From Mayamaea pseudoterrestris (taxonomy: Eukaryota), in the NCBI GenBank assembly GCA_027923505.1, contig BROI01000004.1:62001-126000 (forward strand): 64,000 nt of DNA, read 5' to 3'. Under the pieces are notes generated by a model, which did not search any database, had not been told where the DNA came from, and was given only the letters and a program-made list of their open reading frames with translations. The number at the start of each line of letters is the position of its first letter. Positions within the stretch are counted from its first letter, which is position 1. The position numbers and the translations under genes were made by a program. Below are positions 10,122 through 21,361 of this stretch, one piece after another.

Positions 10122-12885
10122 TGGATCAGTTTTAAGAATAACACTCTTACTCATTACAGCACAGTCGAATTGTTAACTCATTTAATATTTGTAACTCTAC
10201 GAAAATATGTTACGAGTGATCGATACATCGTCTATTGGAAACCGCAACAAAGCTTACTAAGTTCACTACGAAAGACACTGTTCTAGTCAAGTCTCGACAA
10301 GTGCTCGTTGCAACGTTGTCATGTCTGCACTGCCAGCTCGTCACGTAGAACAAATCAATGGCGCGCATGTACAAGTACCGGTAGGTTGCTCAGCGCCGGT
10401 CTGAAAGGTCCCATTTGTAACGTAGCTCAGCGTCTGCATGCAAGTCACTGCGAACGGTGTCAACCAAACGCACGCTCATCGCAGCAGCAGCAGCCACTCG
10501 TCACAGCAAGCCAATTTGCAAAAGACTGCCATCAAGCGCAGACGTTACGCCTTATAGATTGTGACAATTCACTCGCCCGACTTGCCCAAGGAACATGACA
10601 ATTATCCAAAATGTGATGATTGATGCATTGTCGTCATGTTCGTTGCTCACATTCCGGCGCATGATTTCAATACTAATCCATCATCCGTGGTGGACAAGTG
10701 TTTTTAAATAAAAAGGGATTCCCAAGTTGGACGGTCAAGCAACAATGTGGTTGATGCCAATGGTCTCCATCGAGGCAAGAGTCGCGGCACAAGGTTTCCG
10801 TCGAGACGCGAAACCCATGCGGCGCGCGTAGGTTGGTCGTGTCATGCAGCGTTCATCCCACCGGTATCATAATATAGTAGTAGCCACCTAGGTTCCCACA
10901 GCCTGGAACGTTTGTCGGTTGCCTTCACGACTCGAGAGGATGGAGAAATGATCGTGACAGTGAAATTCGGGTGCACGCCCGAGAGCACACGAGCGTTTAT
11001 TTTCCAGTACTGGGGCTACTCAGTGGCGTTCTTCCCCACGAAAACCCGAACGGAAACCTCAAAACGCTTGCCGCACACATCGGAGCGACCATGATGAAAG
11101 GCGTCCATTTCGTTGCCTTTTAAAGTGCCTGTGTCTAGCGCATCTCTTCTCATAGTGCGTGTCATATAGACAAACACCACAATGAAGTCTGCTGCTTGTC
11201 ACTTGCTTCGTCGTTACGGCAACTTGGTCCAAACGCTCATCGCCATGACCAGCAAGATTGGCCGCCTCCTCGTTCCAGATGATGACGTCACGCCGAAGTG
11301 GAAGGTGCGTACGATGGACGGACTGGCAACGGTGCGACATTTTGAAATCTTTGCGACGCGCGCGAACATTTTTCGCATTGCGCAATGCCAACTTGCGCCA
11401 AGGACGCTGTCTCCTGCGGCGGCGCCACCATTGCCGTGGCTTAAAGACGACTGTATTGATTCATCGTCTTGTCTGATACACATATTTCTTTTCTGCTCGC
11501 GAATCGTAGACGAAAACCATGGATGTTTCTCCGGAACCGCCCGAAGGTACGCATTCATGATTGTGGCCGCACGCGTGATTTGTTTCGTATTGCATGCGCC
11601 ATGGATGCGTGTCACCTTGACTGCGAGCTTGCCGATCCTGTCTTGATGAAGAAAGTAACTTGCCGTCGTGGCTACACAATGCGTCGGAGCATGAAAGTGG
11701 AGTCATTGGTGGCAGCGTCTACGGAGCGGAGCGTCAATGAGTGTATACCTGGTGCACAATGAGTTGGGCGCGTTGTCGAAAATGCATATTTTAACTCATC
11801 AATTATCATGTTCATGACAGTTTTTTTGGAAGAGTGGTTGACGAGCTTGGATGGAATGGGGCACAGGGTATTTCATAATCTCGAGGGTTTTGAAATGAAA
11901 CTGCGGGAAGGTACTCGAGCGTCTCACAAGCGAGCCGAGCTGTTTTTGCGAGTATACTTCTTTTGTCTCCGATGCAAGGTAAATGTTAACGTCAACAAGG
12001 TCATTGCCAGCGTCAAGCAGCTTCACGCAAGTCGCGGATGGGCAAGCTTTTTCTGGAAGATGAACTTAACGTACTACAATCCTATCAGCGCATTAGAAGC
12101 AGCGCAAATCTTTGGCAATAGTGTCACAAAAACTGGTATTGGTCAGGGTCAGCCATATAGCATTGGCGAGCTTGTGATTCAACCAGGGGCACCTGCTGGC
12201 GACCCAAACTTGGAGTGAGGGTTTTTGGCCCATTTATCGTATTGATGGCGACATATGGACTTCTCAATACTACTTAAATAACGGTTTGGCTCAATGCCAC
12301 ATAAGATACGTATGCACAAGTAGTCTAATTATTGTTCCCGCACAGGGAAAACGGTGATCACTTTGTAACAATAGCGCACAATGGTAGGGTAACGTTCAGC
12401 GGTCATCGGGAGCAATTGACGTTGACTGAGGAAAACACTGATACGCCTTACACTACCGGCAATGGTGTTGCCTCTTCAGGCGCCTCCATCACGACGATGC
12501 GGATCGGCGCTGCCATGCAAGGTGCTAAAGTCATGACTCGTTGACGATATCGTAACCTTGCTTGCAACACCCGCAGTAAAAATCGCAAGCGAGCGCATCA
12601 TTTAGCTCCTCACATTCCAGCGCGAGTAATAGCGGCTCGGAGTCAAGGCACATACAATATCTGTAACAATGTTTGCGTCCTAGCTTTGTGCTTGCATTAT
12701 GCGAAAACCGCTGCCTTCGCACTGACAGTGAGTGTGCGCGGGTTGGTTTTTGGCGAGCAATGACCCGAGATTGGGACAACCTCGCACCGGTTCTCAACAA
12801 TCGCGACGCTGACGTTGGTTTCGACAATGGCGAAGCAAAATCTCCGCTTCAACCAAGCACTTTACCGAGTCAAACCATATCCACC

Positions 12886-13579
12886 ATGAGGTCTATTGCT
12901 TGCATCCTTGTTGCTATCCTATCCAACTATGCTGCGGATGCCTATGTTCCAAGTAAGTGAACAAAAAGGTGCATGTCATTGGACGTTTTTATGTATGACG
13001 AATGACTGACAACTGACTCGTATCTTGTTGCGTCGTTTTTGCGTACAGAAACACCCTCACCATGCAAGCCCCTGAGCGAGCTGCAAAAGGCAACTACCGG
13101 TATACTGGCTGCAGCAGCCATTGCCAGTGCCGTCGTTTCATCGGATCCACTTCCGGCGGATGCTGCCTCGGCAATGTCGCCCTACATGTCGAGCACCCAG
13201 ACGGTGGCCGCCAAGGTTGTCCGAGAAGGCATCTACGGAGAATTCGAGTATGATCTACCGGAACAAAAGTATGACGACGCTCGATCGACATACAAGGCAG
13301 CCAAGGAAACCAAGTCCAACAAGGGTGCGTCGAAAAACTGGTTGTGTTGACACTGTCACGTTCTATTCGTTCATGGCGACTCGCTCACAACACATTTACT
13401 TCTTCATATATCAAGGCAAGTACACTGCCATTTTGGCCATTTTGATTGTCGGCAGCTTTATCGTTCCCATGGCGCAGTACTTTTGGTACGTGCGCGACGA
13501 TGACACGACGGAAAAGTTCTTCTCCAGCAAGACGAACCAAAAGGCGCCGGAACCGCCGCAGAAGAAAAAGTGGTTCTAA
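12886..13579 (+). CDS. Small plastid (probably thylakoid) single-pass membrane protein of unknown function. Exons 12886-12952, 13049-13324, 13416-13579
   Basis: Two GT..AG introns join three short ORFs in frame. Signal peptide ending ADA-YVP, a second hydrophobic stretch ending PADA (lumen-transfer-like), and C-terminal TM YTAILAILIVGSFIVPMAQYFWY. Confidence 0.75.
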
Positions 13580-13692
13580 ACATAAATACAACGCCTCACA
13601 GATTGTAACAAAGTTAACTTTATCTAGTAAACTGTGACATGGAATCTGCAAATCATAGCTAGTAGCGTTCGCGGACCAATGCTCTTCACTCA

Positions 13693-13914
13693 TCAAGGGG
13701 CAGGACAGGTGTGTGAACATTCCGCAATGGCATGCCCGACGGTCCTTGGCCAGGTTACATAGCGTTCGAGGCAATGGTTCAAATCTTTTACGCAGCTAAA
13801 ACACGATTCGAACGGCATTAGAAGGACAACCAGGAAGGAAGAAATAAAGCCAATAGGCCAGGCGATCGCCAGGACGATCAGCCAAGCGAGTGCGAAGCAT
13901 GGGTTGCGGGCCAT
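13693..13914 (-). CDS. 73-aa Cys-rich small membrane protein (MARNPCFALAWLIVLAIAWPIG...)
   Basis: ATG in ACCATGG context, hydrophobic hairpin with WP and PFExC motifs. The upstream extension in the ORF track is tandem-repeat DNA. Confidence 0.7.
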   Translation of the reverse strand: MARNPCFALAWLIVLAIAWPIGFISSFLVVLLMPFESCFSCVKDLNHCLERYVTWPRTVGHAIAECSHTCPAP

Positions 13915-13937
13915 GGTTGACGGCTTGTACTTGTTCT

Positions 13938-14195
13938 GGTGCTGTGGGAAAGGTTGCGATGAGGTGGCTTCAAGTTTTCGAAGACGGAGACTTGCTTGAG
14001 TTGGTAGGAGCGGAGCTGGGTTGATTGCTCCGGTGCTGTGGGAAGGTTGAGATGAGAGATGAGGTGGCTTCAAGGTTCTGAAAGCGGCGGGTTCGACTTG
14101 AATGGATAGGACTTTGGTGCTGTAGGGAAGGTATAGATAAGGTGTCTTCAAGTTCCAGAAGACGGAGGCTCGATTTGAGTGGGTAGGAGTTGGAA
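13938..14195. repeat. Three imperfect tandem copies of an ~80-95 bp unit
   Basis: Units start at 13938, 14032 and 14116 and share GGTGCTGT(A)GGGAA..GATRAGGTGKCTTCAAG..CGG..TTGARTKGRTAGGA. Confidence 0.85.
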
Positions 14196-14239
14196 TTTGG
14201 ATGAGGTCGAAAGAATGGCAAGCGTCAACAGATAATGTG

Positions 14240-14283
14240 GGATGATGGATGATCGGATGATCGGATGATGGATGATCGGATGG
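14240..14283. repeat. Compound (GAT/GGAT/GATCGGAT)n microsatellite
   Basis: gatgatggatgatcggatgatcggatgatggatgatcggatgg. Confidence 0.8.
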
Positions 14284-14489
14284 TGCGTCGTCGCGCGTCG
14301 AATTCTATCACGAGTCACGAACGGGTCCAAAAATCTAGTCGTGGCACGATCGATTTCAGTGCCGAAACGATATCAAAGCGACTCGACTCGATGTTGACAA
14401 TCGCCCTCCACCATGAACGAAAGTCTCGTTTGAAAGCATCTCTATTGCTCGACTATTACTAGCGATACTTTACAAATTAATATCAAATC

Positions 14490-14921
14490 ATGTCTAACCG
14501 TTTTGGAACAAAGGTGGGACGCCAGTTCCGCGTCTGGCTTCCGACCATGCCGCTGACCATGGTATCGGCTCGCAACGCCACGGCGACGCACCCCGCCTGG
14601 GCCATTTTTCGCACGCCGCCTCGCATGACCAAGCACGAAATCAAGGAGCACTTGACCAAGATTTACAATCTGCCAGTCAAGAATGTGAATACCATGAATT
14701 ATGAAGGGAAACGAAAGCGAATATTGACGCAAAGTAAGACTGTCTTTTACAAGTATTCGGATTTCAAAAAGGCGGTTGTAACCTTTGATGCAACATTCAA
14801 GGATATCGGACTGGGAATGAGGATACCAGAGTTGGAGGAGGAAGAAGCTGCGGAAGCTGCAGCTAAAGCAGAAGGAGCTAGTGGAAACAGCACGGCGTTA
14901 TCAGCAACGAAGCGTAGCTAA
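14490..14921 (+). CDS. MRPL23: Mitochondrial ribosomal protein uL23m
   Basis: FRTPPRMTKHEIKEHLTKIYNLPVKNVNTMNYEGKRKR and DFKKAVVT are L23 signatures. Confidence 0.9.
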   Translation: MSNRFGTKVGRQFRVWLPTMPLTMVSARNATATHPAWAIFRTPPRMTKHEIKEHLTKIYNLPVKNVNTMNYEGKRKRILTQSKTVFYKYSDFKKAVVTFDATFKDIGLGMRIPELEEEEAAEAAAKAEGASGNSTALSATKRS

Positions 14922-15014
14922 CCATGACGTATTCTGGTAATAAACAATACTCCGGTGAAAGATGCATTACAAAGTATATGCATATTAGCTTGTGAATACA
15001 CTATTACGCGTTTT

Positions 15015-17401
15015 CTAAAACCCGGCAATAGTTTCCTCGTCCACGTCCACTTCATCAAGCTTGTCCATGGCGGACTTGATCATTTGATTGTCCTTTGGAT
15101 CAAGATCCATTGCTGTCAAAAAACACTTCATGGCTTGCTCTGGGCGACCAAGTCGCTTCAGCACCTTGCCCATGGCAAAGTGAATCGTTGCCTCTCGAGG
15201 AGCCGCGTCGCAAACCTTTTTCAGTTCCGCCAAAGCTTCCTCATAGCGCATCAAGGACGAGTAAATCGTGGCGCGCTGGAATCGAGCCTGAGGATTGCGA
15301 GGATCCAGCTGAAAGGCACCAGCCAAGGTTTCAAGGGCTTGGTAAGACTTGCCGTTGGAATGCTGCGCAATCCCCAAATTGCAACGCAGTACGCTACTGC
15401 TCGGATTGATAGCCACCGCCTTTTCAAAGTGAAACTCAGCCAGGTCGTACTTTTCCTGTCGATGGTAAATAGCTCCGAGTCCGTACCAAGCATTGTAGTG
15501 ACGCTCATCAATCCGCAATGCCTGACGAAAGCAAGCAATCGCCTTGTCAAAGTCTTCGTTCGCCATGTACTCGTATCCCGACAATGTATGCGTGTAAGTA
15601 TAGTCCGGATTGAGTTGCAGAGATCGTTTAAAAAAGGCAAGCGCCGACTCGTGGTCCTTTTGAAGCGAAAAGCAATTGCCAACGACGCACCATGCCTCGG
15701 GCGACAGCCGATCCCAGTCGACCACCTGCTGCGACAGATAAGCCAACTCGACTTCCTTTTTCAATTGCCAATAGACAGTCGATAATATTTCAAGTCCCTG
15801 AAGGCGACCAGGATCCTTGCTGACCATGAGTTCCAAGCACCGCTGCGCATTCGCAAAGTCGTTCATTTCCGAAAATGCCCGACCCTGCTGGTGCAGTACC
15901 CATCCCGTCACTTGCTGATTCATTGGTGCCGTCTGCAGAATGGCAATGGCTTCGCGACATTGATACTGGCATAGTTTTTGGTAGGCGGCGCCTAGCGTGG
16001 CAAGAAGCTCCAGAATGGCTGAAACGGCAGGACTAGCGGCGGTGGTAGCAGGCGCCGGCTTGTCTGCGTCATCATGGTGTGAGGCGACAGCACTTTGTAC
16101 ATTTGTATTTGTAATCGCCATATTCGTAGCTGTCGGCGGCGGCTGCGTCGACCAATTCTCCGACGAGGCCGACATGAACAAGTGACGCTGCATGGATCCC
16201 ACGGTTGAATGATCCACGCGCGGCGTCGTCAGTGGCATGGCCGACTGCTCGCTCGGCGGGCCGAGGCCGCGCAGGTAGCGCATGTTGCGCGTCACGTGCG
16301 TGAGTGGCGTTTCTGGAGACGGCGGGTAGTACTGGCGGGCCGCAACCTCGCGGGCGCGGCGCAGCACCATGGTATTGGACATGGGTGGTGGCATGCTTCC
16401 ACTATAAGGATGGGACTGTTGGGGCGTCTCGGGTGGATGCATTTGCATCATGCTATGATTCACCGAGATGGGAGTCAGACCTGGAGTTTCAAAGCGGCTG
16501 CGAAGTACAGTTCCGCCAATCGCCCCAGCAGGCGTTTCAATCGTCTGCAATGGCGTCTTGGAAGTTTGCCAAGCTCCACTTTGATTATATTGTTCCACGC
16601 CGCCTCCATTTTGGCTCGCGGCCATTGGCTGCAAAACACCAAAGGCTTCCGCTGCACTGTAATCCGTTGCGACTCCCAATTCGCACAAGGCTTGAAAGCT
16701 GGTCCAAAGAAAAGGATCAAGTTGCAGGCTGAGCTTGTAGTATCGAATGGCTCGTTCCCTGCGGTTGGACTTGCGGCAAATGTTGGCGAGCAAAGCAAGA
16801 CCAGCAGCTCCATTGGGAAGGGGACATGGCTATTGAATATGTAGAATGAGAAATCTACCGTGAGTTCTGACATTTTCCTCCAAAATGATAATGCAAATGT
16901 ATTGTAAAACATTGTGCTCACCGTTGTTTGAACAATCCAATCATCCATCTGGTCAATGCTAGCATTGCCTCCACCATATTGCTGCTGCTCCCTCGACGTC
17001 AAGTATTTCATGCGACAATCCTTCAGCAAGACTTCCTCGGCGCGCGCATACTCTTTCAGCTGCAGCGCCGCCTGCGAGGCCAAGAATCGCATGGCCTGCG
17101 TTGGTTGAAACGACTGATCCAGTGTCACGAGTGCGCGCCGAAAGGATCCGCTGCGAAAGTAGCAGAGCGCCAGCATGTAGCGAGCGTCCAAATTGGAAGG
17201 ATGCTGGGCGACGCAGCGTTCGGCGAGGAATGTAGCATTGTCAATCATGAATACTGACAAGTATTGTGTCACGAGGGAGAGGTAGGTGGAAAGGCTTTCT
17301 TCGGCAGCCGTCCTTGTCGAGGGAGGTTTGCTGACTTGGTCGTCGTCGTCTTCTCCGCCTTCCGAGTGATTATTGGCGGCTTCGCTAAATGGGGCGCCCA
17401 T
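15015..17401 (-). CDS. CDC27: Anaphase-promoting complex subunit 3 (CDC27/APC3). Exons 17401-16922, 16829-15015
   Basis: N-terminal NATFLAER APC3 domain; LDPFLWTSFQALCELG; C-terminal TPRs with SPEAWCVVGNCFSLQKDHESAL and RHYNAWYGLG. The GT..AG intron 16921-16830 restores the frame. Confidence 0.95.
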
Positions 17402-17629
17402 TGTACGTATGAAATGATTGTATATTTACGTTTGATATGGAATGACTGACAAGAACGACGGCCGAAATTTCTCCATGGCTATCATCGTCGCGCTCATCAA
17501 CCACATCAATCGATCGTGTCGTACTGGTGACTACTCGTTGAGTAACGTCTCTTTTCAGTGCCGCGAAATTCTCATTCATCGGCGAATCCAATCCGCCCAT
17601 CATTTTCGGCAATCATTCGATGCTACACG

Positions 17630-19033
17630 ATGGCCATGACCATGAGAGTTTCTGCCATTGCTAGCTTGCTCATCACATGCTTACTGCAGTATTCATCTGC
17701 AGCGACACAGTCATATGAGCCGCAGACGGTTCCATCGACGCCCGTCGCCTTGACCAAGGACGACTTTTCCACCGCACTCCACGACGCTGTCAATCCCTTG
17801 TGGTTCCTCAAGTTTTACGCTCCCTGGTGCGGCCACTGCAAGCAGCTGACGCCGGTGCTGGAGCAAGTGGCGCCGCAGCTGCAAGGAAAAATGGCCATTG
17901 GGACGATTGACTGTACGCAGCAAAAGCAACTTTGTGATCAACATGGCGTCAAGGGTTATCCAACGTTAAAGTTTGCCTTGGATGGAGAGATTCACGACTA
18001 TCCCATGGGACGCTCGGCGGCTGATATTGTAGCGTTTGCTAACAAGTTTCATCATCCGCAAGTACGATTGGTGAATTCCAAGCAGGAAGCTATGGATATC
18101 ATTGACAATGAAGTGGATGAGGGTCTTGCCTTTGTTGCCTATCATCCAAACGCGAATCGAGAAAATGACGCGGAACATTCGCTTGATGATAAGCTTCAGA
18201 GCGCACTCTTGACGCAAATTTATCAAAAGGTAGCCCGAAAGATGATGGCTTTTAGTACTTTTATGCTGTATCAAGGCCAAGATCCGTCCGAGTTTGGACA
18301 GTCTGGCCCATTTCTGTGCCGCTTGGAGCAAAATGTTCCGCCACGATGCTACGACAAGTGGGACGATGATTTGACGCTGGAGAACGTTTTGAATTATTGC
18401 ACGGAGAATCAGGTTCCAACGGTGGCTCGTTTGACGGGTCTAAACTTTCAAAAGGTTGGTCGGAACGGGCGACCGGTTGTGATTGGCGTGGTGGATGCCG
18501 ATGACAAGTCTCAAGTCGAAATGGCCAAGGAGCAGCTGGCTCTGTATGCTTTGAATGGACCGGAAGATGTTCGCAACAAGTACTACTATGGCTGGATGGA
18601 CGGCAAGGTCTTTCAAAAGTTTTTGAAGCAGTTTGAAATCGTGCCAGCGGAACTGCCGCAAGTCTTTGTTTTGGATGTGCCAGTCAAGAAGTATTGGCAG
18701 AATGCAACCTACAAGCTCAATGTCAATGACTTTGTGACAGCAGTGGAAGACAAGTCGCTCAAGGCCAGGACTGCTGGTAAAAAGGGAGTGGAAGGCGCCG
18801 TCGAGCGCTTCATGGCGGCCATGATGAAATACCACCCCTGGAGCGTTGGCGCCCTGATTTTGGGCATTGCTCTATTCTTGGTCATGCTGCTCGCTTTGTT
18901 ATCGCCGGGCAAGGAAATCCAACCACCGTACAAGCAGAGCAGGCCCAAACCTGTCCCAGCTGCACCGACTGAACAGGTTGCAGGTGACAGCAAGACTGTT
19001 GACGCGAATGACGAGGCCAAGAAAGACAAGTAA
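17630..19033 (+). CDS. TMX3: Membrane-anchored protein disulfide isomerase, TMX3-like
   Basis: Signal peptide, single KFYAPWCGHCK thioredoxin domain, b/b'-like domains, C-terminal TM and a dilysine ER-retrieval tail (AKKDK). Confidence 0.85.
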   Translation: MAMTMRVSAIASLLITCLLQYSSAATQSYEPQTVPSTPVALTKDDFSTALHDAVNPLWFLKFYAPWCGHCKQLTPVLEQVAPQLQGKMAIGTIDCTQQKQLCDQHGVKGYPTLKFALDGEIHDYPMGRSAADIVAFANKFHHPQVRLVNSKQEAMDIIDNEVDEGLAFVAYHPNANRENDAEHSLDDKLQSALLTQIYQKVARKMMAFSTFMLYQGQDPSEFGQSGPFLCRLEQNVPPRCYDKWDDDLTLENVLNYCTENQVPTVARLTGLNFQKVGRNGRPVVIGVVDADDKSQVEMAKEQLALYALNGPEDVRNKYYYGWMDGKVFQKFLKQFEIVPAELPQVFVLDVPVKKYWQNATYKLNVNDFVTAVEDKSLKARTAGKKGVEGAVERFMAAMMKYHPWSVGALILGIALFLVMLLALLSPGKEIQPPYKQSRPKPVPAAPTEQVAGDSKTVDANDEAKKDK

Positions 19034-19097
19034 ATTTAACACCAGTAGTATATGAAGTAAATCTAGCGCCTATGCATTTTATAAACGACTACATTGC

Positions 19098-20357
19098 TTA
19101 TGGTAGCACGAACACATGCACGCTCTGATCCTTGTCAAAACATACAAAGTCTTGTTTACCCTTACCCTTCATCTTGTCAGACACCGCAATGACCATGTCG
19201 TCATTAAGCCAGTGAACACCTTCAATGTTGCAGTATATCGTTTCGCAATTGTCATTCTTAGGAAAGTCAAAGACACTTCCCTTCTTGGAATCAAACTCCA
19301 TGTTATCAATGTCCCACAAACCTTCGTCATTGCGGCCCAGTAGCGATCCAACCCACATTTGAGCCTCCTCCTGCGAGGCAATGGCCACCTTGCCCGTGTC
19401 CGGACGAAGGGAAATGGCAGAGTAGTCGCGAAAGTTGGCACTCTTGGGAATCTTGATCTTGCGAACCGTCTTCCACTGGCAGTGGCCACCCTTGTCAGTC
19501 CCCTTCTTCATCGCGATGATGACCCCGTGGCCACTGTCGTTCTTGTCCTTTTGCGAGCAATGATTGCCTTCGCAGAGTCCCAACACGACCATTTCGCCCT
19601 TGACATCGTGCACAACAAGTGCCCCTTCAAAGCCCTTGGAGCTGCCGGCAAACTCAAACTCGGTCGAACATTGCTCCACGACCGAGTAGTCGTCATTCTC
19701 CATGGCAAGTTCCTCAATGACGGCATGGTAGCCACTCAAATGTGAATCAACCTTTTCCATGCTGTCGTGACTCACCGACTCCCGCACGACGTAAAAGGTT
19801 CCAGCGTCATGAAAGAGTGCCTCGTAGCCAGAGTCTGCCTTTTCGCGTGCTGGATCTCCAATTTGCTCATTGTTTTCGGCAAAGGGAGCAAGCTTGGTGT
19901 CAAAGCGCGAAATCGCCCAGGAGCTGTCGCACACAGCGTAGGCAAAGTCATCGACGACAACAATGTCCGACGCTTCATACTTGCGCTGGCCCTTGGTGTT
20001 TTGGAAGAGTGAGGCAAAGGGAAGCTCGTAGGCTAGTTTTAGTGTTCGTTTCGAGTAGTCGCCATTGGCGCATGTCATCTTATGGGATGTCGTGTGGTGA
20101 GAATGGGAGCTTTCTCGTGAAGCACCAAGGAGGGGCACATCAGATGAAAGTCTTGATGTTGGTGTAAAGTCGCCGCTACCATGATTGGTTACTGCAAATG
20201 TAATGGCTAGAGCGACGCTAGCGACGATAACAAGGGTCCATGCAGTCGTTTTCCTACCGGTAGTTGATGTGGCACGCCTGCGATCTTGGGAGTCTAATGT
20301 CGCCAAGTTCGGAAGCAAAGAGTCCGTTTCGCAACCACCTATAGCTGACATGATCAA
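19098..20357 (-). CDS. Type II membrane protein with a putative lumenal beta-propeller (SdiA-regulated/phytase-like), function unknown
   Basis: 419-aa ORF with N-terminal ETDSLL, one TM (WTLVIVASVALAITFAV), recurring blade-like motifs YEAS, GYEA, GFEG, NIEG, and paired Cys. Confidence 0.65.
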   Translation of the reverse strand: MIMSAIGGCETDSLLPNLATLDSQDRRRATSTTGRKTTAWTLVIVASVALAITFAVTNHGSGDFTPTSRLSSDVPLLGASRESSHSHHTTSHKMTCANGDYSKRTLKLAYELPFASLFQNTKGQRKYEASDIVVVDDFAYAVCDSSWAISRFDTKLAPFAENNEQIGDPAREKADSGYEALFHDAGTFYVVRESVSHDSMEKVDSHLSGYHAVIEELAMENDDYSVVEQCSTEFEFAGSSKGFEGALVVHDVKGEMVVLGLCEGNHCSQKDKNDSGHGVIIAMKKGTDKGGHCQWKTVRKIKIPKSANFRDYSAISLRPDTGKVAIASQEEAQMWVGSLLGRNDEGLWDIDNMEFDSKKGSVFDFPKNDNCETIYCNIEGVHWLNDDMVIAVSDKMKGKGKQDFVCFDKDQSVHVFVLP

Positions 20358-20709
20358 ACAATCGAATACTTGCTTAACTGCGACAAGAAATACTTTTTAG
20401 TCCAGGTGGATGATGGCAAGGAACGATCCGATTTTGTGATGCAAATCCAAAGAATCGACCGATGGCGAATCCAAAAACAGAACCAGTACGACTTGTATGA
20501 CGTCACGTCATTGCCGGGAGAAAGGGTCGCGTCAGCTTGGTTGACAACGAGAGTTCCGGAACCAAAACAGCGACTCTCTACCTACCGATATGCTTTGCGT
20601 AAAGTAGTAAAGGGTTTGATGTATTCTTTAAGTTAGCCGATCAGATCCCTGCAAGCCTTGGGCGCGTCTACGGTAAATTTACAGTCTGCAGTAAGATAGG
20701 TGCAGCACT

Positions 20710-21361
20710 TTAGTAGTAGTTTCCGTCAGCCTTGCCCTGCGCATCCAACACTCCACTCCAGTAGTTGGCCTCAAAGTTGAACTTGTAGTTGACATCGACC
20801 TGCACTTCCAGATTTCCTCCCTTTTGGCGGACCGGGTATGTGGGGACGCCGACGGGGGTGAAGGCACCGCCAATGAGCTTGCCAATTCCGGCGGGGCACC
20901 ACTGAACAACATCTCCCGTCTTCAAGTTAAACTTGGTTCCAAGGACTGGGTCTTGGATGGTTCCGTCGTCATTGACTTTACCGAAACTGAGCGGCTGGTT
21001 CACCGGTGGGCACTTGTCGCCGAGGGCGTAGACGGCTCCCTTCTTGTCGACGGCGATGCAAATGGCGAGTCCTCCAGCGACACCGGATGTTGCCTTTCCT
21101 GGCTTGGGAAGGTCCTTCAAAGAGATGCATGGCACGTATTTGAGGGCTTGCTTGTACTTGGCCGCCTCCAGACTACTGCTGCTCTTGAACTGATTGGGTT
21201 GAGTGCGTGGATGGAAATGGGAATAAAGATGAGACATGAAACTGCAAGAGTGCAAGTCAACTGTAACAATTGTTGCAAATACTCACTGCAGTCTTGAGAG
21301 GAGCATTTGTAAATGCCGAAACGGCGGCGAGCAAAGAGGCAAGAAGAGTAAGCTTCATCAT
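20710..21361 (-). CDS. Plastid-targeted Rieske-fold protein with degenerate Fe-S ligands. Exons 21361-21287, 21189-20710
   Basis: Signal peptide ending VSA-FT; intron 21286-21190; Rieske-like pattern YALGDKCPP...IQDPVLGTKFNLKTG..WCP...TYPV. Confidence 0.85.

Noticed and set aside
13938..14195. CRISPR-like array
   Set aside because: Units are similar along their whole length with no unique spacers, there are no cas genes, and the context is eukaryotic.
14955..16844. Long plus-strand ORFs (276 and 211 aa)
   Set aside because: Antisense shadows of CDC27 with no recognisable motifs.
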